Source: Sinorhizobium meliloti
GTDB taxonomy: Bacteria > Pseudomonadota > Alphaproteobacteria > Rhizobiales > Rhizobiaceae
NCBI RefSeq assembly: GCF_017876815.1
Contig: NZ_JAGIOS010000001.1
Span: 1,500,001-1,532,000, forward strand
Direction: 5' to 3'
Length of the DNA: 32,000 nt
Part shown: positions 17,163-25,592 of the stretch, in pieces
Layout: every line of letters starts with the position of its first letter
Numbering within the stretch: the first letter of the stretch is position 1
Translations under genes and position numbers: made by a program
Notes under the pieces: model-generated
Seen by the model: the letters and a program-made list of their open reading frames with translations, nothing else
What the model was told of the DNA's origin: nothing
Databases searched by the model: none

Positions 17163-17459
17163 CATATCCGTTCCGGCCATTCAACGCGAGCACGCCCGTC
17201 ATCGGGCGGCACTCCTCGTGCCGCCGGATTGCCGAACTGTCAAAAAATTGATATGAGCACGGTCATGGAATCCAAATTCGGATGTCGCGAGCAGAAGATC
17301 GTCGTGCTGCAGGATCACAAGCGCCTGCCGGCACGCTTTTTTGCGCGCGTTTCAGGGGCGCTCACCAGCCGCCTATCCTGATCGCACGATCAGCTGTTAC
17401 CGGCCGCATTGGCGCCGGCCCCATTCCACATTCTTGAAAATACGATGGATACATAAGCC

Positions 17460-18869
17460 ATGAGCGCACCGCGTACTCTCTACGACAAGATCTGGGACGA
17501 TCACCTGGTGGACAGCCAGGACGACGGAACCTGTCTTCTCTACATCGACCGTCACCTCGTTCACGAGGTGACGAGCCCGCAGGCCTTCGAGGGACTGCGC
17601 ATGGCTGGGCGCAAGGTTCGCGCCCCGGAAAAGACGCTCGCCGTCGTCGATCACAACGTCCCGACTTCGCCGGACCGCCATCTCGGCATCAAGAACGAGG
17701 AAAGCCGCATCCAGGTCGAGGCGCTCGCCAGGAACGCCGCGGATTTCGGCGTCGAATATTATTCGGAAAATGACAAGCGCCAAGGGATCGTCCACATCGT
17801 CGGTCCGGAGCAGGGCTTCACGCTGCCGGGCATGACGATCGTCTGCGGCGACAGCCACACTTCGACGCACGGCGCTTTCGGTGCGCTGGCGCACGGCATC
17901 GGCACGTCCGAGGTCGAGCATGTCCTGGCGACGCAGACGCTGATCCAGAAAAAGGCGAAGAACATGCTGGTGCGCGTCGACGGCCAATTGCCGCCGGGCG
18001 TCACCGCAAAGGACATCATCCTTGCGATCATCGGCGAGATCGGCACCGCGGGCGGCACCGGCCACGTCATCGAATTCGCCGGTGAAGCGATCCGGTCGCT
18101 GTCTATGGAAGGCCGCATGACCGTCTGCAACATGACGATCGAAGGCGGCGCGCGCGCCGGGCTGATCGCACCGGACGAAACCACTTTCGAGTACATCAAG
18201 GACAAGCCGCGCGCTCCCAAAGGCGAGGCCTGGGACAGGGCGGTCGAATACTGGAAGACGCTGCACACGGACGAAGGCGCCCATTACGACCGCGTCGTCG
18301 TGCTCGATGCCGCCAATCTGCCGCCGATCGTTTCCTGGGGCTCCTCGCCGGAAGACGTCGTCTCCGTACAGGGCGTGGTTCCCAACCCTGACGACATCCA
18401 GGACGAGACGAAGCGGACCTCCAAGTGGCGTGCGCTCGACTATATGGGCCTGAAGCCCGGCACGAAGATCACCGATATCGCCATCGACCGGGTGTTCATC
18501 GGCTCCTGCACCAATGGCCGCATCGAGGACCTGCGCGCCGTCGCCGAGGTGGTCGAAGGCCGCAAGGTCGCCCCGACCGTTTCGGCGATGATCGTTCCGG
18601 GCTCCGGCCTCGTCAAGGAACAGGCGGAAGCGGAAGGCCTGGACAAGATCTTCAAGGAAGCGGGCTTCGACTGGCGCGAGCCCGGCTGCTCCATGTGCCT
18701 GGCGATGAACGACGACCGGCTGAAGCCTGGCGAACGTTGTGCCTCCACATCGAACCGCAACTTCGAAGGCCGTCAGGGCTTCAAGGGGCGCACGCATCTG
18801 CTTTCTCCGGCAATGGCGGCTGCGGCGGCGGTCGCCGGTCATTTTGTCGACATTCGCGAGTGGAAATAG
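17460..18869 (+). CDS. leuC: 3-isopropylmalate dehydratase large subunit
   Basis: 469 aa. Aconitase-family Fe-S ligand contexts GSCTNGR and CSMCLAMN are present. N-terminus [17 protein letters not shown] is typical of LeuC. No leuD is adjacent. Confidence 0.95.
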   Translation: MSAPRTLYDKIWDDHLVDSQDDGTCLLYIDRHLVHEVTSPQAFEGLRMAGRKVRAPEKTLAVVDHNVPTSPDRHLGIKNEESRIQVEALARNAADFGVEYYSENDKRQGIVHIVGPEQGFTLPGMTIVCGDSHTSTHGAFGALAHGIGTSEVEHVLATQTLIQKKAKNMLVRVDGQLPPGVTAKDIILAIIGEIGTAGGTGHVIEFAGEAIRSLSMEGRMTVCNMTIEGGARAGLIAPDETTFEYIKDKPRAPKGEAWDRAVEYWKTLHTDEGAHYDRVVVLDAANLPPIVSWGSSPEDVVSVQGVVPNPDDIQDETKRTSKWRALDYMGLKPGTKITDIAIDRVFIGSCTNGRIEDLRAVAEVVEGRKVAPTVSAMIVPGSGLVKEQAEAEGLDKIFKEAGFDWREPGCSMCLAMNDDRLKPGERCASTSNRNFEGRQGFKGRTHLLSPAMAAAAAVAGHFVDIREWK

Positions 18870-18895
18870 CCGGTTTTGAGCTTTTCCGGCGTTTG

Positions 18896-18921
18896 AGCCG
18901 CCCTTCGGGGCGGCTTTTTTT
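18896..18921 (+). terminator. Intrinsic terminator after leuC
   Basis: AGCCGCCC-TTCG-GGGCGGCT followed by TTTTTTT. Confidence 0.8.
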
Positions 18922-18981
18922 ATACTCATGATGATGCGACAATGCGCTGCCGCCCCCAATTCGCTGCCCTGAGGAGCTCTC

Positions 18982-19533
18982 ATGCCCGATGACGCCCGGC
19001 CCTCGACACGCCGACTCATGCTGCTCCGCCATGCGAAGTCCGCCTGGCCGGACGGCGTTGCCGACCATCGCCGGCCGCTTTCGGAGCGCGGACGGAAAGC
19101 GGCGCCCGTCGTCGGCGCCTTCATGGCCCGGCAGGGGCTTGCTCCGGACCTGGCGCTCGTTTCGACCGCGCGGCGCGCGCAGGAGACTTGGGAGCTCGTC
19201 GCCGGAGCATTGCCGCACAAGATCCCCGAGCGCGATGCGGTCGGCATCTACGAGGTCGCCGCAACGGCCATTCTCGACGCCATCCGCAGGATCGAGCCGA
19301 CGGTGGAGAAACTGCTCCTCGTCGGCCACAATCCGGGAATGGCCGAGCTCGCGCTCCTGCTTGCCGGGCGCGGCGATGAAGCTGCGCTGGAGCGGCTGAG
19401 GGAGAAGTTTCCGACAGCCGGGCTCGCTGTCATGGATTTCGACATCGAGCGCTGGTCGGACATAGCGCCCGGCACCGGCCGCCTGGTACGCTTCGTGACG
19501 CCGCGCATGCTTGAGGAGGAACGGTCGGGCTGA
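18982..19533 (+). CDS. Histidine phosphatase superfamily protein (SixA-like)
   Basis: 183 aa. Contains the RHAKS catalytic motif (LMLLRHAKSAW) and the later LLLVGHNPGM block. GAGGAG Shine-Dalgarno. Confidence 0.8.
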   Translation: MPDDARPSTRRLMLLRHAKSAWPDGVADHRRPLSERGRKAAPVVGAFMARQGLAPDLALVSTARRAQETWELVAGALPHKIPERDAVGIYEVAATAILDAIRRIEPTVEKLLLVGHNPGMAELALLLAGRGDEAALERLREKFPTAGLAVMDFDIERWSDIAPGTGRLVRFVTPRMLEEERSG

Positions 19534-19570
19534 TCCGCAGTGCCCGTTCGGCTTTGTCGCGGGGCCGAAG

Positions 19571-20128
19571 CTACACGACCTTCACGACCATCCCGCGGTG
19601 CATTTGCCGGATCAGTCGCCGCATTGCCGAAAGGCTGACGGCCACGCAGCCCTCGGTCGGCTCGTAGCCCGGACGGATGAGGTGGAAGAAGATCGCCGAG
19701 CCGGCATTGCGCCTGCGGGAGGAAATGTTCCAATCCATGACGAGGCAGATGTCATAGAGCCCGTCGTCGCGCATCATGCGTTCATGTCCGGCACGAAACG
19801 GCGCCCTGACGGGGCGATTATAGCACGGGTGTTGCGGGGCATCGCACCAGAGCATGTCGCCGCGGACGGCCCGCATCGGCAGGCGCGTCGGGGGCAACGG
19901 GACACGATCGCGCCTGACAAAGCCGCCGATGAGTCGCATCGCCGCGCGGGGCGTCGCCCCGTCGCCTTCGCGCTTGATGGCAGTGACGCCGCTTCGCCCG
20001 ATCGCAGCCTGCTCGACTCGTCCCTCGAAAAGCACGAGGGCGCGCTTCCGGTCGCGCGGAGCGGTTCTGACGAGGATGGTCCCTTTTCTCGATCCTGTTG
20101 TCGACGCCTTCTTGCGCATCAGTCTCAC
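19571..20128 (-). CDS. YkuD-fold L,D-transpeptidase family protein without a signal peptide
   Basis: 185 aa. Catalytic His...Cys context FFHLIRPGYEPTEGCVAV. The N-terminus (MRLMRKKASTTGSRKG) is polar. The track start at 20128 is GTG; ATG 20119 is an alternative start. Confidence 0.75.
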   Translation of the reverse strand: MRLMRKKASTTGSRKGTILVRTAPRDRKRALVLFEGRVEQAAIGRSGVTAIKREGDGATPRAAMRLIGGFVRRDRVPLPPTRLPMRAVRGDMLWCDAPQHPCYNRPVRAPFRAGHERMMRDDGLYDICLVMDWNISSRRRNAGSAIFFHLIRPGYEPTEGCVAVSLSAMRRLIRQMHRGMVVKVV

Positions 20129-20258
20129 AAATTCTTGCTTTGCCGTGATCTCGCCGCGACCTTAAGCCGGTTTTCATATATGACGATGCCTGCAACGCCG
20201 TGAGTCTCATCACACGCGCAGACGTCGCTGCGGCCACTTTCAGTTGCGGCCTGTCTCT

Positions 20259-20277
20259 ATCCTAAATAGGTTAGGAT
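20259..20277. promoter_or_regulatory. Palindrome in the divergent Ldt / response-regulator intergenic region
   Basis: ATCCTAA-ATAGG-TTAGGAT (7-bp arms), 89 nt upstream of the response-regulator ATG. Confidence 0.3.
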
Positions 20278-20365
20278 TTAAGGAAACATGCGGCAGCGGC
20301 CGCCGCGCTTGCCAAGATCGGCATTTGAGTTAGTTTTGAATCAGGAAGCAAACAGGAACTGTCCC

Positions 20366-21049
20366 ATGGCGACTCGCACCATCCTCCTTGTCGACGACGA
20401 CGATGATCTGCGTGAGACGTTGATAGAACAGCTCTCCCTTTACGAAGAGTTCGACCTACTGCAGGAATCGACCGCCGGGAAGGGCATTCAGATGGCGCGT
20501 GGCCGGCAGGTCGACCTCCTGATCATGGATGTAGGTCTGCCGGACATGGACGGGCGCGAGGCGGTGAAGCTCTTGCGCAAGGGCGGCTTCAAGGCCCCGA
20601 TCATCATGCTGACCGGCCACGACACCGACTCCGACACGATCCTCGGCCTCGAAGCCGGCGCCAACGATTATGTGACGAAGCCGTTCCGCTTCGCCGTGCT
20701 GCTTGCCCGCATTCGCGCCCAGCTTCGCCAGCACGAGCAGAGCGAGGACGCGACCTTCAATGTCGGCCCCTACACATTCAAGCCGAGCCAGAAGCTGCTT
20801 ACCATGGAGAACGGCCAGAAGATCCGCCTGACGGAAAAGGAAGCCGCAATCATCCGCTATCTCTACCGCGCCGACCAGAAAGTGGTCACCCGCGACGTGC
20901 TGCTCGAGGAGGTCTGGGGCTATAATTCCGGCGTCACGACCCATACGCTCGAGACGCATGTCTACCGGCTGCGCCAGAAAATCGAGCGCGACCCTTCCAA
21001 TGCCGAGATATTGGTGACAGAAAACGGCGGCTACAAGATCGTTCCCTAA
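20366..21049 (+). CDS. OmpR/PhoB-family response regulator (receiver + winged-helix DNA-binding domain)
   Basis: ORF 20288..21049. I moved the start to ATG 20366 (MATRTILLVDDDDD). Phospho-acceptor context DLLIMDVGLPDMDG, conserved VTKPF, and C-terminal trans_reg_C block LTEKEAAIIRYL...THTLETHVYRLRQKIE. No cognate kinase gene is adjacent. Confidence 0.9.
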   Translation: MATRTILLVDDDDDLRETLIEQLSLYEEFDLLQESTAGKGIQMARGRQVDLLIMDVGLPDMDGREAVKLLRKGGFKAPIIMLTGHDTDSDTILGLEAGANDYVTKPFRFAVLLARIRAQLRQHEQSEDATFNVGPYTFKPSQKLLTMENGQKIRLTEKEAAIIRYLYRADQKVVTRDVLLEEVWGYNSGVTTHTLETHVYRLRQKIERDPSNAEILVTENGGYKIVP

Positions 21050-21081
21050 GCCGGACGATATGACCGGGGGAGATTTGCCGC

Positions 21082-21537
21082 TTGGCGCTCAATGACGACA
21101 TCGCACTCTTGTCCAACGTGTCGCTCTTCGCCGACATCGGCGAGGACAAGCTGAGGCTGATCGCCTTCGGCGCCGAGCGCCGCCGGGTGGCCAAGGGTCA
21201 CGAACTCTTCCGGGAAGGCGCGCCGGCCGATTGCGCCTATGCGGTTGCGGCCGGCAGCTTCGCGCTTTCGAATGCGAACGCGCAGGGCCGCCAGCAGCAG
21301 GTGATGACCGTCGGCCGCGGCGCGCTCCTGTCCGAGCTCGCGCTCATCTCGATGGTCGAACGCAAGTTCACCGCGACGGCGCAAGAGGACAGCGAGGTGA
21401 TCCGGATCAACCGGCCGCTCTTCCGCCGGATGCTCGAGGAATATCCCGAGGTGACCGCCATGGTGGAAGCCCGCATCCGGGAAAACATTCAGGCGATGAT
21501 CCGCCGCGTGGAGGCGCTTGCCGGGCGGTTTGCGTAA
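21082..21537 (+). CDS. Stand-alone cyclic-nucleotide-binding (CAP effector) domain protein
   Basis: 151 aa with a TTG start preceded by GGGGGAG. LFADIGEDKLRLIAFGAERRRVAKGHELFREG... has the look of a cNMP-binding beta-roll. No HTH domain follows. Confidence 0.7.
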   Translation: MALNDDIALLSNVSLFADIGEDKLRLIAFGAERRRVAKGHELFREGAPADCAYAVAAGSFALSNANAQGRQQQVMTVGRGALLSELALISMVERKFTATAQEDSEVIRINRPLFRRMLEEYPEVTAMVEARIRENIQAMIRRVEALAGRFA

Positions 21538-21550
21538 GCGGACGGCGTCG

Positions 21551-22357
21551 TCAAAGCTCGAAATGCGCTATGACAGGCACATGGTCGGACGGGCGCTCCC
21601 AGCCGCGCGCTTCCTTGAGGATCTCGACGCGGACGAGCTGGCTTGCGAGATCGGCGGAGGACCAGATGTGGTCGAGGCGGCGTCCGCGGTCGGCGGCGGT
21701 CCAGTCCTTCGCCCGATAGCTCCACCAGGTGTAGAGCTTTTCCGGCGGCGGCGCGTGGCGGCGCATCAGGTCGACCCAGGCGCCTCCGGTCATCACCGAA
21801 ACCAGGCCTTCGGTCTCGACCGGCGTATGGCTGACGATCTTGAGAAGCTGCTTGTGCGACCAGACGTCGTGCTCGAGCGGCGCGATGTTGAGATCGCCGA
21901 CGAGGATCGACGAGACGCCGGCCTCGGCCTCCGCGTGCAGGAGCTTCATCTCGTCGACGAAGTCGAGCTTGTGTCCGAACTTCGGATTGACCGTGCGGTC
22001 CGGCTCGTCGCCGCCGGCCGGTACATAGAAATTATGGAGGCGGATCGTCTTTCCACCGGCCGCGAAGACCACGGAGAGATGACGTGCATCGCCGACGCCG
22101 CAGTAGTCGCGGCGGTCGGACAGCTCATGAAGCGGCAGGCGAGAGATGGTGGCGACGCCGTGATAGCCCTTCTGCCCGTGCATCTCGATATATTCGTAGC
22201 CGAGCTTCCTCAGCGGCGCGGAGGGGAACTGGTCGTTCCGACACTTGATTTCCTGCAGGCAGAGGATGTCCGGCTGCCATGTCTTGAGGAAATGTTCGAC
22301 CAGCGGCATGCGCAGGCGAACGGAGTTGATGTTCCATGTGGCAATGGAAAGAGGCAT
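21551..22357 (-). CDS. xthA: Exodeoxyribonuclease III
   Basis: 268 aa. N-terminal IATWNINSVR and C-terminal SDHVPVIAHF motifs of the EEP/ExoIII family. LCLQE block present. Confidence 0.9.
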   Translation of the reverse strand: MPLSIATWNINSVRLRMPLVEHFLKTWQPDILCLQEIKCRNDQFPSAPLRKLGYEYIEMHGQKGYHGVATISRLPLHELSDRRDYCGVGDARHLSVVFAAGGKTIRLHNFYVPAGGDEPDRTVNPKFGHKLDFVDEMKLLHAEAEAGVSSILVGDLNIAPLEHDVWSHKQLLKIVSHTPVETEGLVSVMTGGAWVDLMRRHAPPPEKLYTWWSYRAKDWTAADRGRRLDHIWSSADLASQLVRVEILKEARGWERPSDHVPVIAHFEL

Positions 22358-22546
22358 TCCTCGTTCTCCCGGGAAATTGCCGGAAAAGGATCACGCGTCC
22401 GGCAACGGGAGCGTTTAAACAGGTTCGGCACCGATCGACAAGCTTGAAAAAGCCGCCGGTACGCAGATCGCGCAAGGCTTCCTGCGGGCGCTGCTTTCGC
22501 AGCCGGCAGTCAAGACGCATTGGAGCGCGGATCATGCCCGGCGGAA

Positions 22547-23449
22547 TTAAGCCACCATGTCGCCAAGACGAACGGCACCGAAAATGGCTGCCTGCCAGCC
22601 CAGTGTGGCCCAGCGTATGTCGATGGAATGAATCGAGCCGGCATGCGGTAATGCGCCAAAAACGCGTTGCGTGAGCGTGTCGCGTGGATAGCCGTCCATG
22701 TCGATGACGCCACCCCCCAGCAGAATGATGCGTGGCGAAAACAACACCGTCGCTCTGGCAACGGTTATCGCCTGCTGCCACAATATGTCATCAAGACCGT
22801 CGTATAATTTCGGCGACTGCGCAGCGGCCTGGAAGAGGTCCTTCACGGCGACGCCATGTGCAGATGCGAGGTCCACCAGAGTCGCACCAGAGGCGTACGC
22901 CTCGATCCGCTTGGGGGATTCCTGGCGGTCACCCGGCTCGAGCACCGGCATGTGGCCGATTTCAAGCGCCCACCCGCCGCCGCGAAAAATGCCGTTCTCG
23001 CCCAAGTAAGCTGCACCGATACCGGTGCCGAAGTAGACAGCCAACACCTCGCATTCGTTGGCAATTGCGCCGGAGGCGCTTTCCCCGAGCAACTGCAGAA
23101 CCACGTCCCGCTCCAACTGGACGGGTACCGAAAGCGTGGAAGCCAGTTCGGAGGCCAGGCGAATCCCGTTTAGTTCGGGGATGTTTGCGGCATGGATGAT
23201 TGTATCGCAGTCGCGTCCGATGAACCCTGGGACAGTTGCCACTACCCGCTCGATGGTCAGGCCGGCATCGACTGACGCACATTGCAGGAGCCCGGCGAGT
23301 TGCGTCGCAGGAGCGCCTCGCCGAAGATGACTCGTCGAAAAGGTGCGCGTGACTTCGAGCGGCACACCATGATCCGCAAAACCGATCTTGACCGAAGTTC
23401 CCCCGATTTCGGCAACGGCGATCGTTTCGGAGGCGGCTTTGAGCGTCAT
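22547..23449 (-). CDS. ROK-family sugar kinase (atypical, no Zn-Cys motif)
   Basis: 300 aa. N-terminal IAVAEIGGTSVKIG (actin-fold phosphate-1) and ROK signature region YFGTGIGAAYLGENGIFRGGGWALEIGH. AGGAG Shine-Dalgarno. It starts 15 nt after the regulator stop. Confidence 0.8.
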   Translation of the reverse strand: MTLKAASETIAVAEIGGTSVKIGFADHGVPLEVTRTFSTSHLRRGAPATQLAGLLQCASVDAGLTIERVVATVPGFIGRDCDTIIHAANIPELNGIRLASELASTLSVPVQLERDVVLQLLGESASGAIANECEVLAVYFGTGIGAAYLGENGIFRGGGWALEIGHMPVLEPGDRQESPKRIEAYASGATLVDLASAHGVAVKDLFQAAAQSPKLYDGLDDILWQQAITVARATVLFSPRIILLGGGVIDMDGYPRDTLTQRVFGALPHAGSIHSIDIRWATLGWQAAIFGAVRLGDMVA

Positions 23450-23464
23450 TAAAGCTCCTGACTG

Positions 23465-24751
23465 TCAAAGAACGGCGACATCGCGCATATGCGGGCGCGT
23501 ATTGCCTGCAAGCATCGCCTGATGCAGAAGATAGGCAGCACCCAGGGCGGGCCCGTCATTGCCGGTGCTTGACGTTTCAACGCGCGGCGTCGGATAGCCT
23601 TCAATGAGAGACGCGGCCAACAAAGCCTCCGTTTGTTCGGCCACGAAGGGATAGATCGCGCTGACCGATCCGGCGAGGATGATGCGGCCCGGCTGCAGGA
23701 CGCAGGCAAGGGTCGCCAGTCCCCGAACCAGCCAGCGAGCCCAGTCGCGGGCGCAGGCAAGCGCGGTAGGGTCGCCCGAGGCCAGCACTGCGATAAACGC
23801 GTCAAGCGAACCGATGACCCCGCTGATATGTGCATACCGGGCAAGGAGGGCGTCCTTGCCAATGAATGTTTCCCAACGACCAGGACGCACAGCGTCATAA
23901 ACGAATCCGGCCTCTCCGATCGGCATGTGGCCGATCTCGCCAGCGCCGCCCAACTGACCGCGATGCAGCTTGCCATTGCTGACGATGCCGCCCCCAACGC
24001 CATTCTCGATGAGAACCACGAGGCTGTCATCGCCCTTGCCGTCCGGGGGAGCCGAACGATAGGTCTCGGCCACTGCCACCGCATTGGCATCGTTTTCGAG
24101 GAGGACCGGGACGTCGAGGTCGATGGACTCGGAAATCGGTTGCGCGAGGCTGACCCCGTGCCAGCCCAATATGGCGGCATGAAAGGTTTCGCCGTCCCCA
24201 TCCAGGAAGCCCGGCAGTGCTACGTTGAGACCATGTGGCCGTGCGCCGGGAGGCAACGTTCTACGCACCTCGTCAACCAGTGCTACAATGAGTTCCATCG
24301 CTTGAGCGGGCCTGCTTGCCGCACCCGAGAATGGGCGAGTGGCCTTGGCGCGGACCGTTCCCGACAGGTCGATGGCGATGACGTCGATCCGGTTCACGCC
24401 GATGTAGGCGCCGAGAAAGAAGACACCGCTGCCGGCGATTTCAACGACGATCCCGGGGCGCCCGACCTTGGGTTCTGCTTCGTTGCCCGTTGTCGACTCA
24501 CGTTCCCGCGCCAAACCAGCATCGACAAGGTTTTGTACCAGAGTCCCCGTTGTCGAGCGGGTCAGATCGAGTTCACGGGCCAAGGATGCGCGAGTTAGCC
24601 CACCCGTGCGAAACAGTGCCGAAAGCGCGCGCGCCTCGTTCGGACGAAAAAGCAGTGTGTTTGACAATTTGAAGCCTATTTGTTCGATGAGATTACTAAT
24701 ATCCTCATACGGTCCTGTCAATCGGGTGAGTTCCTTGATGCAATGCAGCAT
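23465..24751 (-). CDS. ROK-family transcriptional regulator (N-terminal winged HTH + ROK sugar-sensing domain; atypical, no Zn-Cys motif)
   Basis: 428 aa. HTH region LTRASLARELDLTRSTTGTLVQNLVDAGL, then ROK core GIDLSGT-like IAIDLSGTVRAK and GGGIVSNGKLHRGQLGGAGEIGH. The start is uncertain: ATG 24751 has no good Shine-Dalgarno, and in-frame TTG 24721 follows AAGGAA. Confidence 0.8.
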   Translation of the reverse strand: MLHCIKELTRLTGPYEDISNLIEQIGFKLSNTLLFRPNEARALSALFRTGGLTRASLARELDLTRSTTGTLVQNLVDAGLARERESTTGNEAEPKVGRPGIVVEIAGSGVFFLGAYIGVNRIDVIAIDLSGTVRAKATRPFSGAASRPAQAMELIVALVDEVRRTLPPGARPHGLNVALPGFLDGDGETFHAAILGWHGVSLAQPISESIDLDVPVLLENDANAVAVAETYRSAPPDGKGDDSLVVLIENGVGGGIVSNGKLHRGQLGGAGEIGHMPIGEAGFVYDAVRPGRWETFIGKDALLARYAHISGVIGSLDAFIAVLASGDPTALACARDWARWLVRGLATLACVLQPGRIILAGSVSAIYPFVAEQTEALLAASLIEGYPTPRVETSSTGNDGPALGAAYLLHQAMLAGNTRPHMRDVAVL

Positions 24752-24793
24752 AGAAAGGGGATGCGGCGCTATTGACGGCCAAAGGAAACGGTG

Positions 24794-24816
24794 TTTTGTT
24801 CGGGAACACTACAAAA
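24794..24816. promoter_or_regulatory. Candidate 23-bp ROK-repressor operator
   Basis: TTTTGT-TCGGGAACACT-ACAAAA lies in the 80-bp divergent region between the ROK regulator gene and the ABC ATPase gene. Confidence 0.4.
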
Positions 24817-24831
24817 GTCCCGGTAGGTGCG

Positions 24832-25575
24832 ATGACGGTTTTGGCGCGACTCGAAAATATCGTGAAGGATTTCGGTGCCGTCCGCGCACTCGATGGTGTC
24901 ACTCTCGAGATCAACCAGGGTGAGATTCTTGGCCTGATGGGGGACAACGGAGCCGGCAAGTCGACATTGGTGAAAACCATTGCCGGAAACTTCCAGCCGT
25001 CTTCCGGTTCCTACATCCTGGAAGGCAAGCCCGTGGTCTTTTCCGGACCGGCAGAAGCTCGTCGCCATGGAATAGAGGTCGTTTATCAGGATTTGGCGAT
25101 CTGCGACAACCTGACCGCTTCGGCGAACGTATTCCTCGGCCGCGAATTGATGCGGCAGGTCGGGCCGTTCAAGGTGCTCGACCACAAGCGCATGAACGCC
25201 CGCTCGGCCGAGATATTCAAGGAACTCAAATCCGAGACCCGACCGGCCGATCTCGTGGTGCGCATGTCCGGCGGCCAGCGTCAAGCGGTGGCAATTGCTC
25301 GTACCCGGCTCGCCAGGTCGAAAATCGTCCTTATGGACGAACCTACGGCGGCAATCAGTGTCCGGCAGGTTGCGGAGGTGCTGGCCCTGATCCGTCGCAT
25401 GAAGGCACAAGGCCTTTCCGTGATCCTGATCAGCCATCGCATGCCCGACGTCTTCGAGGTCTGCGACAGGGTCGTGGTGATGCGTCGGGGTCGCAAGGTG
25501 GCCGACAAGATGATCGGGCAATCGAGCCCCGAAGAAGTGACCGGCCTGATAACTGGCGCGATCCAGACAGCTTGA
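24832..25575 (+). CDS. Sugar ABC transporter ATP-binding protein, single nucleotide-binding domain
   Basis: ORF 24772..25575. I moved the start to ATG 24832 (MTVLARLENIVKDFG), because the earlier part covers the operator/promoter region. Walker A GDNGAGKST, signature MSGGQRQ, Walker B IVLMDEPT. Confidence 0.85.
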   Translation: MTVLARLENIVKDFGAVRALDGVTLEINQGEILGLMGDNGAGKSTLVKTIAGNFQPSSGSYILEGKPVVFSGPAEARRHGIEVVYQDLAICDNLTASANVFLGRELMRQVGPFKVLDHKRMNARSAEIFKELKSETRPADLVVRMSGGQRQAVAIARTRLARSKIVLMDEPTAAISVRQVAEVLALIRRMKAQGLSVILISHRMPDVFEVCDRVVVMRRGRKVADKMIGQSSPEEVTGLITGAIQTA

Positions 25576-25592
25576 TCCCGGAGAAACAACGC

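Noticed and set aside
17139-17381. 80-aa ORF (and the internal MSTVMESKFGCREQKIVVLQ... peptide) upstream of leuC, considered as a leucine leader peptide / attenuator
   Set aside because: It has no run of Leu codons, no convincing terminator/antiterminator pair follows it, and it overlaps the marR promoter region.
17397-19247. 616-aa minus-strand ORF
   Set aside because: It is antisense to leuC and the SixA-like gene and has an R/A/G-rich composition. leuC on the plus strand has unambiguous aconitase-family motifs.
20190-20375. Three GANTC (CcrM) sites (GAGTC, GAATC, GACTC) in the response-regulator upstream region
   Set aside because: This is only a modest enrichment over expectation for a 5-bp degenerate palindrome. 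I cannot assess significance without genome-wide counts.
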